A DNA stretch of 64,000 nt from Pedosphaera sp. (GCA_031414955.1 JANOQV010000065.1:9958-73957), one strand, 5' to 3'. Counted from the first letter of the stretch, positions 28,285 through 40,095 are shown. Made by a program: numbers and translations. Notes: generated by a model from the sequence alone, not told the origin.

Positions 28285-29904
28285 TTACGGCCGACCCTGC
28301 GGATCGGGCCATGCGCCTGAGTTACTTCCAAACAGCGCCACGACCTTCGCGTGCGTCCGAACCATCGGCCATTCTCCTTCCACAACGATCCGGCCGCGCT
28401 CCAGAAACAATCCATGCGTGATGCACGCCGGCAGGTCGTCCAAGTGATGCGTCACCACCAGCAACTGCGTGCCGAGCGCAGCCACCCTTTCCAGCGCCGC
28501 ACGGAAGTCGCGCCGCGACTCCGCGTCCAGTCCATCGAACGGTTCGTCGAAGATGATCAGCTCCGGATCGTGAACCAGGGCGCGCAGCGTGAGCACCTTG
28601 CGCAGTTCACCAAACGACATGGCGAGCATGGACCGCGATTGGAGATGGCTCAGGCTGAACTCGCGCAACAACGCCCGGGCCCGGCGAAGCTGGGTCGGCG
28701 ACGGTTTCTCCATCAGGCCGACGCTGGAGAAAAAGCCCGAGGCCACCACTTCTTCGCCCGTGACCTGCTCGCGGTAATGCGTTTGCAGCAGCGGCGACAC
28801 GCAGCCAATGCGCCGCCGCAAATCCCAAATGGTGTTGTCAGCCTTAAGCTCGAATCGTGCGACGCGCGAGCCAAACGCCGGATACAGATCGCTGGCGATG
28901 AGTTTCAGGAAAGTCGTCTTGCCCGCGCCGTTCCCGCCCAGCACCGCCCAATGCTCGCCCCGTCGAAGTTGCCAGCAAATGCCTTGAAGCACCTTGGTGC
29001 GGTCGAGAAAAACATCCGCATTCTCGATTTGGATGAGTGGCATCTGCGATGGGCCAGCTTTTCGAGGGTGCGATGCCTGGCCTCCCTCTCCCCCCCCCGG
29101 GGAGAGGGAATGAGGGTGAGGGGTGGTCCGTCTCGAAGCATTGGACTTGGTCCGAACGGTTGCGACGTTCCCACCCCTCACCCCGGCCCACTCCCCGTGG
29201 AGGGGAGAGGGAGAACCGACGGTACACATCCGGCCCCCGGCAAACTCCACCGCATGGGTGATGACCGAGAGCGGTTCATCGGCCCGGTGCGTCGTATAAA
29301 CGATCTGCGTCCCGTGGCGCGCAATCGCTTCGACCATGTGCAGCAGCCCGGTCCGAAACGCCGTGTCCAGTCCGTCACAGACTTCATCCAGCAGCAGCAC
29401 CGCTGGACGAGCCACCACGGCGCGCGCGATGAGCACCTTGCGCAACTCGCCGGTGGACAGCGACTGCATGTCGCGATTCATCAGCGGTTCAATCTTCAGC
29501 TCCTCCGCCCGCGTCTCGGCGCGAAGTTTCTGATCGCGCGTGAGTTTCAGGTAGAGCATGTCCGACTGCGCGAAGCCGGTGTGGATCACGTCGCGGGCGG
29601 TCATGCGCCATTCCTGCTGGAGATAACGCTCCTGGGTCTCGGGCGAGACGAGTGCGATGTGCCGGCGCACTTCGATGGCCGTCATTTGAGTGGAGCCGTC
29701 GAGACGGTAGAGGCGTTCGCCGCGATTGGGCGCGGGCCAAACTTCGCCCCGGAGCAGGCGCAGGAAGGTGCTTTTGCCGGAGCCATTCGGGCCGTGGATC
29801 ATCCAGTGCTCGCCGCGGCGCAGTTTCCACGTCACGCCGCGCAGCACAGTTTGGCCGCCGAGGGCCACGTCCACATCGCGAAGTTCAATCAGCGCGTCGT
29901 CCAT
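28285..29904 (-). CDS. ABC ATP-binding protein with two ATPase domains (ModF-like)
   Basis: Walker A GPNGSGKS and GGNGAGKT; signatures LSTGE / MSFGE; Walker B LLLDE / IIFDE. Confidence 0.9.
   Translation of the reverse strand: MDDALIELRDVDVALGGQTVLRGVTWKLRRGEHWMIHGPNGSGKSTFLRLLRGEVWPAPNRGERLYRLDGSTQMTAIEVRRHIALVSPETQERYLQQEWRMTARDVIHTGFAQSDMLYLKLTRDQKLRAETRAEELKIEPLMNRDMQSLSTGELRKVLIARAVVARPAVLLLDEVCDGLDTAFRTGLLHMVEAIARHGTQIVYTTHRADEPLSVITHAVEFAGGRMCTVGSPSPLHGEWAGVRGGNVATVRTKSNASRRTTPHPHSLSPGGGEGGQASHPRKAGPSQMPLIQIENADVFLDRTKVLQGICWQLRRGEHWAVLGGNGAGKTTFLKLIASDLYPAFGSRVARFELKADNTIWDLRRRIGCVSPLLQTHYREQVTGEEVVASGFFSSVGLMEKPSPTQLRRARALLREFSLSHLQSRSMLAMSFGELRKVLTLRALVHDPELIIFDEPFDGLDAESRRDFRAALERVAALGTQLLVVTHHLDDLPACITHGLFLERGRIVVEGEWPMVRTHAKVVALFGSNSGAWPDPQGRP
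29082..29213. repeat. REP-like palindromic doublet in frame within the ABC gene linker
   Basis: CTCCCTCTCCCC...GGGTGAGGGG and CCCCTCACCCC...GGGGAGAGGGAG in inverted orientation. Confidence 0.85.
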
Positions 29905-29931
29905 CGGTGCCGGAAGACAAGAAATTCCGCG

Positions 29932-32733
29932 CTAGACCGCGTGGCCTGACTGCGCACCGTCGGCGTTCCCAGAGTCGAGGTCGATGAGGATGTCGCGCGG
30001 TTCGGCGCCCTTGCTTGGCCCGACGATGCCGCGGTTCTCCAGTTCGTCCATGATGCGCGCGGCGCGGCCGTAGCCCAACTTGAGACGACGTTGCAGCAAC
30101 GAGACGCTGGCCTTCTGCTCGCTGCGGATGACCTCGATGCAGTTCTCGATGATCTCCTCGTCCTCGTCGCAGTTGCTTTCGTCGGGATTGAAGCCCTGGC
30201 CGGTGCTGCCCTGCATCTTCTGGAGGGCGTTGTGGATTTCCAACTCGTAGCTCGGCTTGCCCTGCTTGGCGATGAAATCAACGATGTCCTGCAACTCCTT
30301 ATCGGTGATGAGCGCGCCCTGGGCGCGATTGAGTTTCGCGCTGCCAGGCGGCAAGAAAATCATGTCGCCCTTGCCCAGCAGCTTGTCCGCGCCCATCGCA
30401 TCGAGAATCGTCCGCGAGTCCACGCGGCTCGCGACCTGAAACGCGATGCGCGCCGGGATGTTCGCCTTGATCACGCCGGTAATCACGTCCACCGACGGAC
30501 GCTGCGTGGCCACGATGCAATGAATGCCGGCGGCCCGCGCCATCTGCGTGATGCGCGCGATGGCCATTTCCACATCAGCCGGCGCGACGAGCATCAGGTC
30601 CGCCAGTTCGTCGATGATCACCACGATGTAGCTCAGGCGATCCGGGATCACGATGTCCTCGTCGCGCGGCACCACGATCTGCTCGTCCAGTTCCACGGCG
30701 AAGCCGTCGGAGTTGGCCTCGATCTTTTCCTTCTTGGCCATGAGCGGCAGCTCCGGCTCGGATGCGGGGAGCGGCTTATCCTTGGGGCGCGAGTTGAAGG
30801 AGGCGACGTTACGCACGCCGACCCGGGCAAAAATCTGGTAGCGCTTCTCCATCTCGTTCACGACCCAGCGCAGCGCGAGGATGACCTTCTTCGGATCGGT
30901 GACGACCGGCACGACGAGGTGCGGCAGGGCGTTGTATTGTTGAAGCTCGACGACCTTGGGATCGATCATCACGAAGCGAAGCTGGTCGGGTGAAAACTTG
31001 TAGAGCAGCGACGCGACAATGGAGTTGATGCAGACGGATTTGCCCGAGCCGGTGCTGCCGGCGATGAGCATGTGCGGCATCTCCGCCAGGTCGGCGATGA
31101 TGGGATGGCCGTAAACATCCTTGCCCAGGGCGAGCGGGATGCGCGCCTTGGTGTTCTTCCATTCCTCGGACTCAAGGAGGTCGCGCATGATGACCTTGGT
31201 CTTGATCAAGTTGGGCACCTCGATGCCCACGGAGGATTTCCCCGGCACCGGGGCCAGGATGTGAATGCGCTCGGCCTTGAGCGCGGCGGCGATGTTGTTC
31301 GAGAGCGCGGAAATTTTTTCCAGCTTCACCCCCGGCGCGGGATGCAGCTCGTAGCGCGTGATGGTCGGGCCCTTGGTGATGTCGCCGAGCTGCACCTCGA
31401 TGTCGAACTGGGCCAGGGTCTGCTGCATGAGGCGGGCGCGCTCCATGAGCTGCTCCTTGGTTTCGGAGGGAACGAGATTCGGTTCGGGCAGGTTCAGGAG
31501 GTCGAGCGGCGGCAACTGGTAGTTGCCGATGAGCGGCGTGCTCGCGACGGTGATGGGCTTCTTCTTCGGTGCCACGCGGGGCCTCGGGAGCGACGCCGGG
31601 ATTGTGGACGGCACGGCCTCATCGGCGACGGGAGCATTGGCCGCCGCGAAGGCCGGCTGGCCATCGACGGTGATGACCGGCTCGGGCAAGGGCGGGCGTT
31701 CCTCCGTGGCTTCCTTCGAATCGGCCGCCGGCTTGCCCTTGGCGTCTTTGGATTTGCCGAGGATGTCGCTCGTGCTGGCGGCGGCGATCTCGGTCGCGGG
31801 AATGACGACACCTTCATCGGCCGGTAAAATTACCCTGGGCAGTTCGGGTTTGCTCCGGCCCGGTTTCGCGCTCTTGGCCTGCGTGATACTCAGGTCGCGC
31901 ACGGACGGCTCGGGCACGGGTTGGAGATCCGCGCCCAAGGGGATTCTCTCCCCTTCGATCTCCTGCTCGTCGCCCTTGAGCAGCTTCTCGGGTTTGGCGG
32001 GCTTGTCCGCCTTCTTCGTTTTCTCGGCCTGTTCCTGCAATTTCTTCGCCTGCTTCTCCAGATCCCGAGCCCGGCGGCTGAGGTCGCGTTCCTCTTCGGA
32101 CAAGTCCGGATCGTCGTCGCTCTTCTTTCCCATCATGGTGCGCAACCAAAGGCCAAGCTTGAAGTTGGTCAGATAAAGCAGACTGACGGCGTAAATGGTG
32201 AGGTAGATGATGGTCGCTCCGGAACGTCCGAATTTCCCAAACACTTGGTTCATCAAGACACCGACAACTCCACCCGCGCTGGCCGCGCCCAGATTTCGAG
32301 CGGTGCGTTCAAAGAAACCCGCACTCGCCAATTTCGGATTTGTTCCCAACTGCGTCATGATTCTCTCGTCCGTGAACAAGGAGAGAAAACCCACACAGCA
32401 CAGAAACAAGGCCACCGCCCAAGGCCACCGCCGACGCAGGTAGTGCAACGAGTTGAAGAAGCAGCCAATGCCAAACAGTGCGCAAAGAATTGGGACGACA
32501 AACGCACCGGCCCCAAATGCTTGAAAAAATTTGTGCGCCAACCACGCCCCAACTGGTCCAATCCAATTGTGCGGCGTTTGATTGCTGTTGGTCGCGGTTT
32601 CCAGCACGTCCTTCGGCTCAAAGGAGGTCATGGCGATGAACAAGAGCAGCGCCACAGCCAGCAGGACGACACCGATGATGTCGTTGATGCCGCGGTGGTG
32701 CTCAGGAGTGCGTTCCGATTCTTTCCGTGCCAC
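29932..32733 (-). CDS. ftsK: DNA translocase FtsK
   Basis: N-terminal 4TM domain (NWIGPVGAWLA), GPTITRYE, HMLIAGSTGSGKS, IDELADLM, ATQRPSVDVITG, gamma domain SVSLLQRRLKLGYGRAAR; GTG start at 32733 chosen. Confidence 0.97.
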   Translation of the reverse strand: MARKESERTPEHHRGINDIIGVVLLAVALLLFIAMTSFEPKDVLETATNSNQTPHNWIGPVGAWLAHKFFQAFGAGAFVVPILCALFGIGCFFNSLHYLRRRWPWAVALFLCCVGFLSLFTDERIMTQLGTNPKLASAGFFERTARNLGAASAGGVVGVLMNQVFGKFGRSGATIIYLTIYAVSLLYLTNFKLGLWLRTMMGKKSDDDPDLSEEERDLSRRARDLEKQAKKLQEQAEKTKKADKPAKPEKLLKGDEQEIEGERIPLGADLQPVPEPSVRDLSITQAKSAKPGRSKPELPRVILPADEGVVIPATEIAAASTSDILGKSKDAKGKPAADSKEATEERPPLPEPVITVDGQPAFAAANAPVADEAVPSTIPASLPRPRVAPKKKPITVASTPLIGNYQLPPLDLLNLPEPNLVPSETKEQLMERARLMQQTLAQFDIEVQLGDITKGPTITRYELHPAPGVKLEKISALSNNIAAALKAERIHILAPVPGKSSVGIEVPNLIKTKVIMRDLLESEEWKNTKARIPLALGKDVYGHPIIADLAEMPHMLIAGSTGSGKSVCINSIVASLLYKFSPDQLRFVMIDPKVVELQQYNALPHLVVPVVTDPKKVILALRWVVNEMEKRYQIFARVGVRNVASFNSRPKDKPLPASEPELPLMAKKEKIEANSDGFAVELDEQIVVPRDEDIVIPDRLSYIVVIIDELADLMLVAPADVEMAIARITQMARAAGIHCIVATQRPSVDVITGVIKANIPARIAFQVASRVDSRTILDAMGADKLLGKGDMIFLPPGSAKLNRAQGALITDKELQDIVDFIAKQGKPSYELEIHNALQKMQGSTGQGFNPDESNCDEDEEIIENCIEVIRSEQKASVSLLQRRLKLGYGRAARIMDELENRGIVGPSKGAEPRDILIDLDSGNADGAQSGHAV

Positions 32734-32916
32734 AGGCCGGCAGAGTAGTCGGGCGCGGGGGCGGGTCAAAGTTGAAAGTGCGGGCGAGGCCAAAGGAAGA
32801 CGACCGTCCTCGCAGCGCGGGCCGCGCCGGGTCGGAAAAGGCCCGGGCCGCACGGGAAGGCTGTGGGGCGTTTATTTGATGTCTGGTGGCTGGGGTTTGG
32901 TGTTTCATCTCCTCCC

Positions 32917-34662
32917 ATGTCCGACGAGGCATCACCGTCCCGTGCGCCGGGGCCGCTCACGCTGCTCCTGGGGGTGAGCGCGCGGCAGTCCTGGCGGCGG
33001 CTCCGCGCCATCCGCCAGCAGTCGCGGCTGCTCACGGTGGTCGTCGCGCTCTTCATGGTGGGTTACCTGGCGCTGGCTTTTTGGCTTTTCCTGCAAGGGC
33101 TGTGGTTCGTGGCCCGGTTCCCCGGCCTGGGCAATCTCCTGATCGAACGCCTGCTCTTTCTGCTTTTCGCCTTTCTCTTTCTGTTGCTGGTGCTGAGCAA
33201 TCTGGTCATCAGCTACACCAACCTGTTTCGCAACAAGGAGGCGGCGGCCTTGATGACGCTACCGGTCCCGGCGCAGACGATCTTCCGCTGGAAGATGATT
33301 GAATCCTCGCTGCTGGCCTCCTGGGCTTTCCTGTTCCTCATCGCACCCTTTCTGGCGGCCTACGGAATCACACGGCACCTGCCGTGGCATTTCTATCCCT
33401 TCACCGTGGGGTTGATCGGCTTGTTCATCATCCTGCCGGCGGTGGTGGGGGCGGTGCTGGCCACGGTGGTGGCGCGCTATCTGGATCGCCGAGGGTTCCA
33501 GATCGGGGCGGTGGTGCTGGTGCTGGCGCTGGTGGGGTTGGCGGGATGGTGGCTGGGCACCGATCCCAGCCCGGAGGAGAGCACCGAGACGCGGGTGCTG
33601 GCCTTGCTCGATCAGATGCTGACCCGGACTCGCCCGGCGCAGTTTCCCCTGCTGCCAAGCTACTGGCTTTCCTCCAGCGTGCTGCAGTGGGCCGAGGGCG
33701 CGCTGGAGGCGGCGTGCTTCTTCGCTCTGGTACTGTTGAGCAACGCGCTCTTTTTTGGCTCGCTGGCCTTCTGTTTCACCGGAGATTTTTTCTACCACGC
33801 CTGGTCGGCGGCGCAGAGCCGGAGCAGCGCCTTCCGGCGCTGGCGGTGGTTCCAAGTCTGGCAGCGCAACCAGCAGTCGGCGGAGGGCGGGCCGGGACTG
33901 ATCGAAAGGCTGGTGGCGCTCATCCCACGACTGCCGCCGGACGTGCAGGCGTTGGTGGTGAAGGACGCGCGGATGTTCTGGCGCGACACCTCCCAATGGG
34001 GCCAGTCCCTCATGCTCTTCGGGTTGCTGGGTGTTTACATCCTCAACCTCCGCCATTTTACCCAGCAGCTCACCAGTCCCTACTGGATCAACCTCGTGGC
34101 CTTTCTGAATCTGGGCGCCTGCGCGTTAAACCTCGCCACCCTGACCACACGCTTTGTCTATCCGCAGTTTTCGCTCGAAGGCAAACGGCTCTGGATCGTC
34201 GGCATGGCCCCGCTCGGTTTGAGGCGCGTCGTCCAGGCCAAGTACATCATGGCCAGCGCCGCCTCCCTGGGCGTGACCTTCGGCCTGGTCTGGCTCTCCT
34301 GCCACATGCTCGACATGGACGGATCGCGCACATTTTTTTTCACCGGGGCCATCGCCGTGATGACCTTCACTCTCAACGGCCTGGCCATGGGGTTGGGCGT
34401 GCTTTACCCGAACTTGCGCGAGGAGAATCCGGGCAAGATCGTGAGCGGCTTCGGCGGCACCTTCTGCCTTGTGCTCAGTTTTCTCTACATCCTCGGCTCG
34501 GTGGCACTGCTGGCTTTCGGCGCGCCCTGGAAGCTGGCGGGCGGCCCGGAGGCCATCGCGCGCACCGTGATGTGCCTGAGCGGTTTCGGCGTGCTCTCGT
34601 TCGCCTTGGGCTGGGTGCCGTATCAAATCGGACTGCAGCGGGTGAAAGGGTTTGAAATGTGA
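32917..34662 (+). CDS. Putative ABC transporter permease subunit (multi-TM)
   Basis: About 12 TM segments; KDARMFWRD..QW and RFVYPQFSLEGKRLW motifs of putative ABC-2-type permeases. Confidence 0.75.
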   Translation: MSDEASPSRAPGPLTLLLGVSARQSWRRLRAIRQQSRLLTVVVALFMVGYLALAFWLFLQGLWFVARFPGLGNLLIERLLFLLFAFLFLLLVLSNLVISYTNLFRNKEAAALMTLPVPAQTIFRWKMIESSLLASWAFLFLIAPFLAAYGITRHLPWHFYPFTVGLIGLFIILPAVVGAVLATVVARYLDRRGFQIGAVVLVLALVGLAGWWLGTDPSPEESTETRVLALLDQMLTRTRPAQFPLLPSYWLSSSVLQWAEGALEAACFFALVLLSNALFFGSLAFCFTGDFFYHAWSAAQSRSSAFRRWRWFQVWQRNQQSAEGGPGLIERLVALIPRLPPDVQALVVKDARMFWRDTSQWGQSLMLFGLLGVYILNLRHFTQQLTSPYWINLVAFLNLGACALNLATLTTRFVYPQFSLEGKRLWIVGMAPLGLRRVVQAKYIMASAASLGVTFGLVWLSCHMLDMDGSRTFFFTGAIAVMTFTLNGLAMGLGVLYPNLREENPGKIVSGFGGTFCLVLSFLYILGSVALLAFGAPWKLAGGPEAIARTVMCLSGFGVLSFALGWVPYQIGLQRVKGFEM

Positions 34663-34739
34663 ACGGGCCGCCCGAGGCTGAATGCGCGCCTGGCTTCTAT
34701 TCCATTTTCAAGCGGAGGCCTCCGTGTTTCAGTCCGCGC

Positions 34740-34952
34740 ATGGACGACGCGTTACAACGGCTGGAGAGGATCGAATCGCACCTGGCGCATCTCGAGAAGC
34801 AATACGAGGAACTGAACCAGGTGGCCATCGCGCAGGGCCGGCTGCTGGCGCGTTTGCAGAAGGAGTGCGCCCAGGTCTCGGACAGCGTGGGCACCTTCGA
34901 GTTGGAACGCATTCGCGCCAACAACGCCAAGCCGCCGCATTACCAGGCCTGA
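34740..34952 (+). CDS. slyX: SlyX family protein
   Basis: Coiled coil RLERIESHLAHLEKQYEELNQV and terminal KPPHY. Confidence 0.88.
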   Translation: MDDALQRLERIESHLAHLEKQYEELNQVAIAQGRLLARLQKECAQVSDSVGTFELERIRANNAKPPHYQA

Positions 34953-35023
34953 AGCCAGCCGCGCATTCAAAACCTTTGCGGGTCGGCACTCGCCGCCCGC
35001 AACGCGGAAACCCCGTGGTCTTT

Positions 35024-35166
35024 ATTTTTCTGCCGGCAAATCTTTCTGCCACCACGGCAGGTGAACCGTAACGGTTCAACAGAAGAACGCTTGCCTTCCA
35101 TCCCGCTCTACAGAAACGTTTTCCAACCTGGAGGGCGGGGGTGGAAAGATGTCCCGGCAGAAAAAT
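35024..35166. repeat. Inverted pair of GGCAGAAAGAT-N5-GGCAGAAAAAT-type repeats downstream of pfk
   Basis: 35024-35050 (reverse) and 35143-35166 (forward, degenerate). Confidence 0.7.
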
Positions 35167-35243
35167 GCAGCGGCAGCCCTCGCGACTGCGTGAACCCGCC
35201 CTCGCTGTGCCAAGCCCGAAGTTTTGGACGCAGCCTCAAGGTG

Positions 35244-35275
35244 GAAAACAAAAAGGGGCGTGTGACCACGCCCCT
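35244..35275 (-). terminator. Intrinsic terminator after pfk
   Basis: Minus strand AGGGGCGTG-GTCA-CACGCCCCT followed by TTTTGTTTT. Confidence 0.8.
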
Positions 35276-35302
35276 CAAGATCAACAGACTTGCCGACCAG
35301 TC

Positions 35303-36574
<1,272 letters not shown>

Positions 36575-36712
36575 AAGGCCGCGCACAGTGCCAACCGTGC
36601 CGGGCAGTGTCAAAATGAATTCCGGCGACGGTGGTTGTCATCAGGGCGTATGCACCAAGCCGAGGAAAGAACTGTGGGAGCAGGGGCGGGCGAGCCGGGA
36701 CGCGCAGCTCAG

Positions 36713-36810
36713 GGCAGGAAGATTTCCTGGCAGAAAAATAGGCCGGGACAAAAGTCCGCCGGGCTGTCCGATTTCTCCCCCTCATTTTTCTGCCAGCAAA
36801 TCTTTCTGCC
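36713..36810. repeat. Inverted pair of GGCAGAAAGAT-N5-GGCAGAAAAAT-type repeats upstream of pfk
   Basis: 36713-36739 forward, 36784-36810 reverse; the latter is 26/27 identical to 35024-35050. Confidence 0.75.
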
Positions 36811-37013
36811 CGTCTGGGCTGCTGGCGCTGAAAAGTCAGGAACGGGGCCTGGCCAGGAAGTTCCCATGGCGCGTCTGCTCCACGGGTTGACCGGGTGCGT
36901 GAATTCGCCCTGGGTTCTCATGGTCCATCCGTCCAGGTTTGTCGCCGCCGACCAAAACCCTCCGGTCAAAACCCTCCTTGCCAACACGGGGCGGCATTTC
37001 TACTTTCCCGCCC

Positions 37014-37439
37014 ATGCCTGAGGCGCAAGCGCAGACAATTTCACAGATTCAATGGTACCTGCCGGTCTTGATGCTGGCCTTGCTGGCCTTGGGCTTCGCC
37101 TTCGGCACGCTGGCCGCCTCCTATCTCGTCGGCCAGTTGCTCAACAAGTGGCGGACCAAACACCTTCCGATCAAGGACGTGGCCTACGAGTGCGGCATGT
37201 TGCCCATCGGCGAAGGCAGCACGCGGCTCTCGGTGAAGTTCTACCTCGTAGCCATGCTCTTCATCCTCTTCGACATCGAGGTGGTTTTTCTCTACCCGTG
37301 GGCCACGGTTTATCGCGAGATGCTGACGCAGGCCGCGACCCGCAACACGATCCTGTTCTCGATGGTTTCTTTCCTGGGCATCCTTTTCGTTGGCTACATC
37401 TACGCCTTGAAGAAGAAGGCCTTCGATTGGAAGCACTGA
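37014..37439 (+). CDS. nuoA: NADH-quinone oxidoreductase subunit A
   Basis: YECG, KFYLVAMLFILFDIEVVFLYPW, terminal KKKAFDW. Confidence 0.95.
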   Translation: MPEAQAQTISQIQWYLPVLMLALLALGFAFGTLAASYLVGQLLNKWRTKHLPIKDVAYECGMLPIGEGSTRLSVKFYLVAMLFILFDIEVVFLYPWATVYREMLTQAATRNTILFSMVSFLGILFVGYIYALKKKAFDWKH

Positions 37440-37532
37440 GGCGCAAAGTCCTCCGCCAGATTCCAGGTGCGGCCTGGGGCGCGGACGCAGGGCGGTGCAC
37501 CATCATCCAAACCGGGCAACGGCGTTCAAACT

Positions 37533-38966
37533 ATGACCATCAAATTCGGCACCAGCGGATGGCGCGGCCTCATCGCGCGCGACTTCACCTTCGATAACGT
37601 CCGCCTCGCCACTCAGGGCATTGCGGACTTTCTGAAATCAGAAATCGGAAATCACAAATCGGAAATCGCCCGGCGCAAACCGGTGATCATCATCGGCCAC
37701 GACACGCGCTTCCTCGGCCGGGAATTCTCGCTCGCCGCCGCCGAGGTGTTGGCCGCCAACGGCCTCACGCCGGTCCTCTGCCAGCGCGACGCGCCCACGC
37801 CCGTCATCGCCCACACCATCCGCGCGCGGAAAGCCATCGGGGGCATCAACATGACGGCCAGCCACAATCCCGCCGAGTGGCAGGGGCTGAAGTTCTCAAC
37901 CTGGAACGGCGCGCCGGCCACGCCCGAGGTCACCAGGCTCATCGAGGCCAACATCCAGAGGCTTCTCGACGCGCAGTGGTCGTTCCAAGCCGCGGTCATC
38001 GGAACTTTCCAGTGCAAGACCATCGATCCGCAGCCGGACTATTTTAAGCAGATCAAAAAGCTGATCGACTTCGGCACGATTCGGAAGGCGAAGATGAAGA
38101 TCGCCGTGGAACTGATGTACGGCACTGGTCGGGGCTATCTCGACACGCTGCTCGAGGGCGCGGGCGGCGCGAAGGTCACCACCTTCCACAACGAATTGAA
38201 TCCACTGTTTGGCGGGCATCATCCCGAGCCGAATGCCGAGGGCATGCTTGAGGTCAGCGCCTTCGTCCGAAGTGGCAAAGCCCAGATCGGCCTGGGCCTC
38301 GACGGCGATGCCGATCGCTTCGGCATTGTCGATAAGGACGGCACCTGGCTGACGCCGAATCAGATTCTTGCCCTTGCCCTTTATCACCTGAAGAAAAACC
38401 GCAAGTGGACTGGATCCGTCGTGCGCACCGTGCCGACCAGCCATCAGGTGGACGAAGTGGCGAAGCTGCTCGGGGTCAAAGTTCACGAGACGCCGGTCGG
38501 CTTCAAATACATCGGCGCGCTCATGGAGTCTGAGCCGATCATTGTGGGCGGCGAGGAATCCGGCGGCCTGAGCGTCAAGGGCCATGTGCCCGAGAAGGAC
38601 GGCGTGCTCGCCTGTCTGCTCATGGCTGAACTGGTCGCCACGGAACGCAAGTCACTGGGGCAGATTCTCAAGGCGCTGGAAAAGCAAACCGGTGGCTTCT
38701 TCACCGATCGCATCAATGTCTCCATCCCGCCCGACCAGAAGGAGGCGCTGCTCAAGAAGCTCGCCGCCGGACTCGACCGTGTCGGCGCGTTCAAGGTCGA
38801 GAAATTCATCACCACCGACGGCTATAAGTTTCTCCTGCCTGGCGGCGAATGGGTCGCCTTCCGCGCCAGCGGCACCGAGCCTTTGATCCGCGCCTACATC
38901 GAGGCCAAGACAGCCCTCAACCTCAAGAAACTGCGCGACGCCTGCCGCCAGGTGCTCGCCGCCTGA
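37533..38966 (+). CDS. Phosphoglucomutase/phosphomannomutase family protein
   Basis: IKFGTSGWRG, TASHNP, DGDADR, GGEESGG, RASGTEP. Confidence 0.93.
   Translation: MTIKFGTSGWRGLIARDFTFDNVRLATQGIADFLKSEIGNHKSEIARRKPVIIIGHDTRFLGREFSLAAAEVLAANGLTPVLCQRDAPTPVIAHTIRARKAIGGINMTASHNPAEWQGLKFSTWNGAPATPEVTRLIEANIQRLLDAQWSFQAAVIGTFQCKTIDPQPDYFKQIKKLIDFGTIRKAKMKIAVELMYGTGRGYLDTLLEGAGGAKVTTFHNELNPLFGGHHPEPNAEGMLEVSAFVRSGKAQIGLGLDGDADRFGIVDKDGTWLTPNQILALALYHLKKNRKWTGSVVRTVPTSHQVDEVAKLLGVKVHETPVGFKYIGALMESEPIIVGGEESGGLSVKGHVPEKDGVLACLLMAELVATERKSLGQILKALEKQTGGFFTDRINVSIPPDQKEALLKKLAAGLDRVGAFKVEKFITTDGYKFLLPGGEWVAFRASGTEPLIRAYIEAKTALNLKKLRDACRQVLAA
37634..37668. repeat. Heptamer tandem repeat (SAAATCR)x5 inside the phosphomutase gene
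   Basis: gaaatca gaaatcg gaaatca caaatcg gaaatcg; encodes KSEIGNHKSEI. Confidence 0.8.
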
Positions 38967-38970
38967 ACCC

Positions 38971-40095
38971 ATGAAGCCCATGCTCGTCCTCGGCATCATG
39001 TCCGGCACGAGCATCGACGGCGTGGATTACGCGCTGTGCGAGGTGGGTTCCTCCTCGGTGCGGCTGATCAAACTCTGGACGCGGGAATTCCCCACCGTGT
39101 TGCGGCGTCGCCTGCACACCGCGGCCACCAATGACTGCTCCGCGCATGAACTCGCGCAACTTCACCACGACCTTGGCCGGTTGTTCGCCGCGCAGGCGAA
39201 GCCGCTGCGACCGCGCGCGGCACTGGTGGGCCTGCACGGCCAGACGGTATTCCATAACCCGGATCGTCGCGCCCCGGCCACCTTGCAACTCGGCGAACCG
39301 GCCTACCTCGCCGAAACCTTGCGCGTGCCCGTGGTCAGCAACTTTCGCGCGGCGGACCTTGCGGCCGGCGGACAGGGCGCACCTCTGGCGACCTTGTTTC
39401 ATCAAATGGTGTTCGCCCGGCGCGGCCAGCATGTGTGCGTGAACAATCTCGGCGGCATCAGCAATGTGACCTCGTTGGAGTGGAAGCGGGGGGCGGCTCC
39501 GCGCATCAAGGCTTTCGACACCGGCCCGGCCAACGTGCTGATCGATCTGGCCATGCGCGAACTCACCCAGGGCCGGCGGCCATACGATGAGGATGGCGCC
39601 TGGGCCGCAGCCGGCACCGTCCATCCCGCCTTGTTGGCGCGCTGGCTCAAGCATCCTTTCTTCGCCGCGTCACCACCGAAGAGCACCGGACGGGAAGTGT
39701 TTGGGGAAACTTTTTGGCGCGCGGAACAGCGGTGCATCCAGGCCGCGCGACTTTCACCGCGCGACACCGTGGCCACGCTTACCGAACTCACCGCGCGTTC
39801 GCTGGCGCTCAACTACCGGATGCACCTTGGCTCCGTCCCGGATTCCGTCGTGCTCTGCGGCGGCGGTGCGCGGAACACATTTCTTGTCGCCCGCATCACG
39901 TCGGCCTTGAGCAAATTGAACCCGGCGGTGCAAGTAGCTCCATCGACGGCCTGGGGCTGGCCCGTGCCCGCCATCGAACCAGCGGCCTTCGCGCTGCTGG
40001 CGGTCCGCCGCTGGCACCACCGTCCCGCCAACCTGCCCGCGACGACCGGCGCGGGCCGCGCGGTCTGTCTGGGACAAATCACCCAGCCCGGGTGA
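38971..40095 (+). CDS. anmK: Anhydro-N-acetylmuramic acid kinase
   Basis: GIMSGTSIDGVD, HGQTVFH, DLAAGGQGAPL, NLGGISN, FDTGPAN, PPKSTGRE, CGGGARN. Confidence 0.96.
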   Translation: MKPMLVLGIMSGTSIDGVDYALCEVGSSSVRLIKLWTREFPTVLRRRLHTAATNDCSAHELAQLHHDLGRLFAAQAKPLRPRAALVGLHGQTVFHNPDRRAPATLQLGEPAYLAETLRVPVVSNFRAADLAAGGQGAPLATLFHQMVFARRGQHVCVNNLGGISNVTSLEWKRGAAPRIKAFDTGPANVLIDLAMRELTQGRRPYDEDGAWAAAGTVHPALLARWLKHPFFAASPPKSTGREVFGETFWRAEQRCIQAARLSPRDTVATLTELTARSLALNYRMHLGSVPDSVVLCGGGARNTFLVARITSALSKLNPAVQVAPSTAWGWPVPAIEPAAFALLAVRRWHHRPANLPATTGAGRAVCLGQITQPG

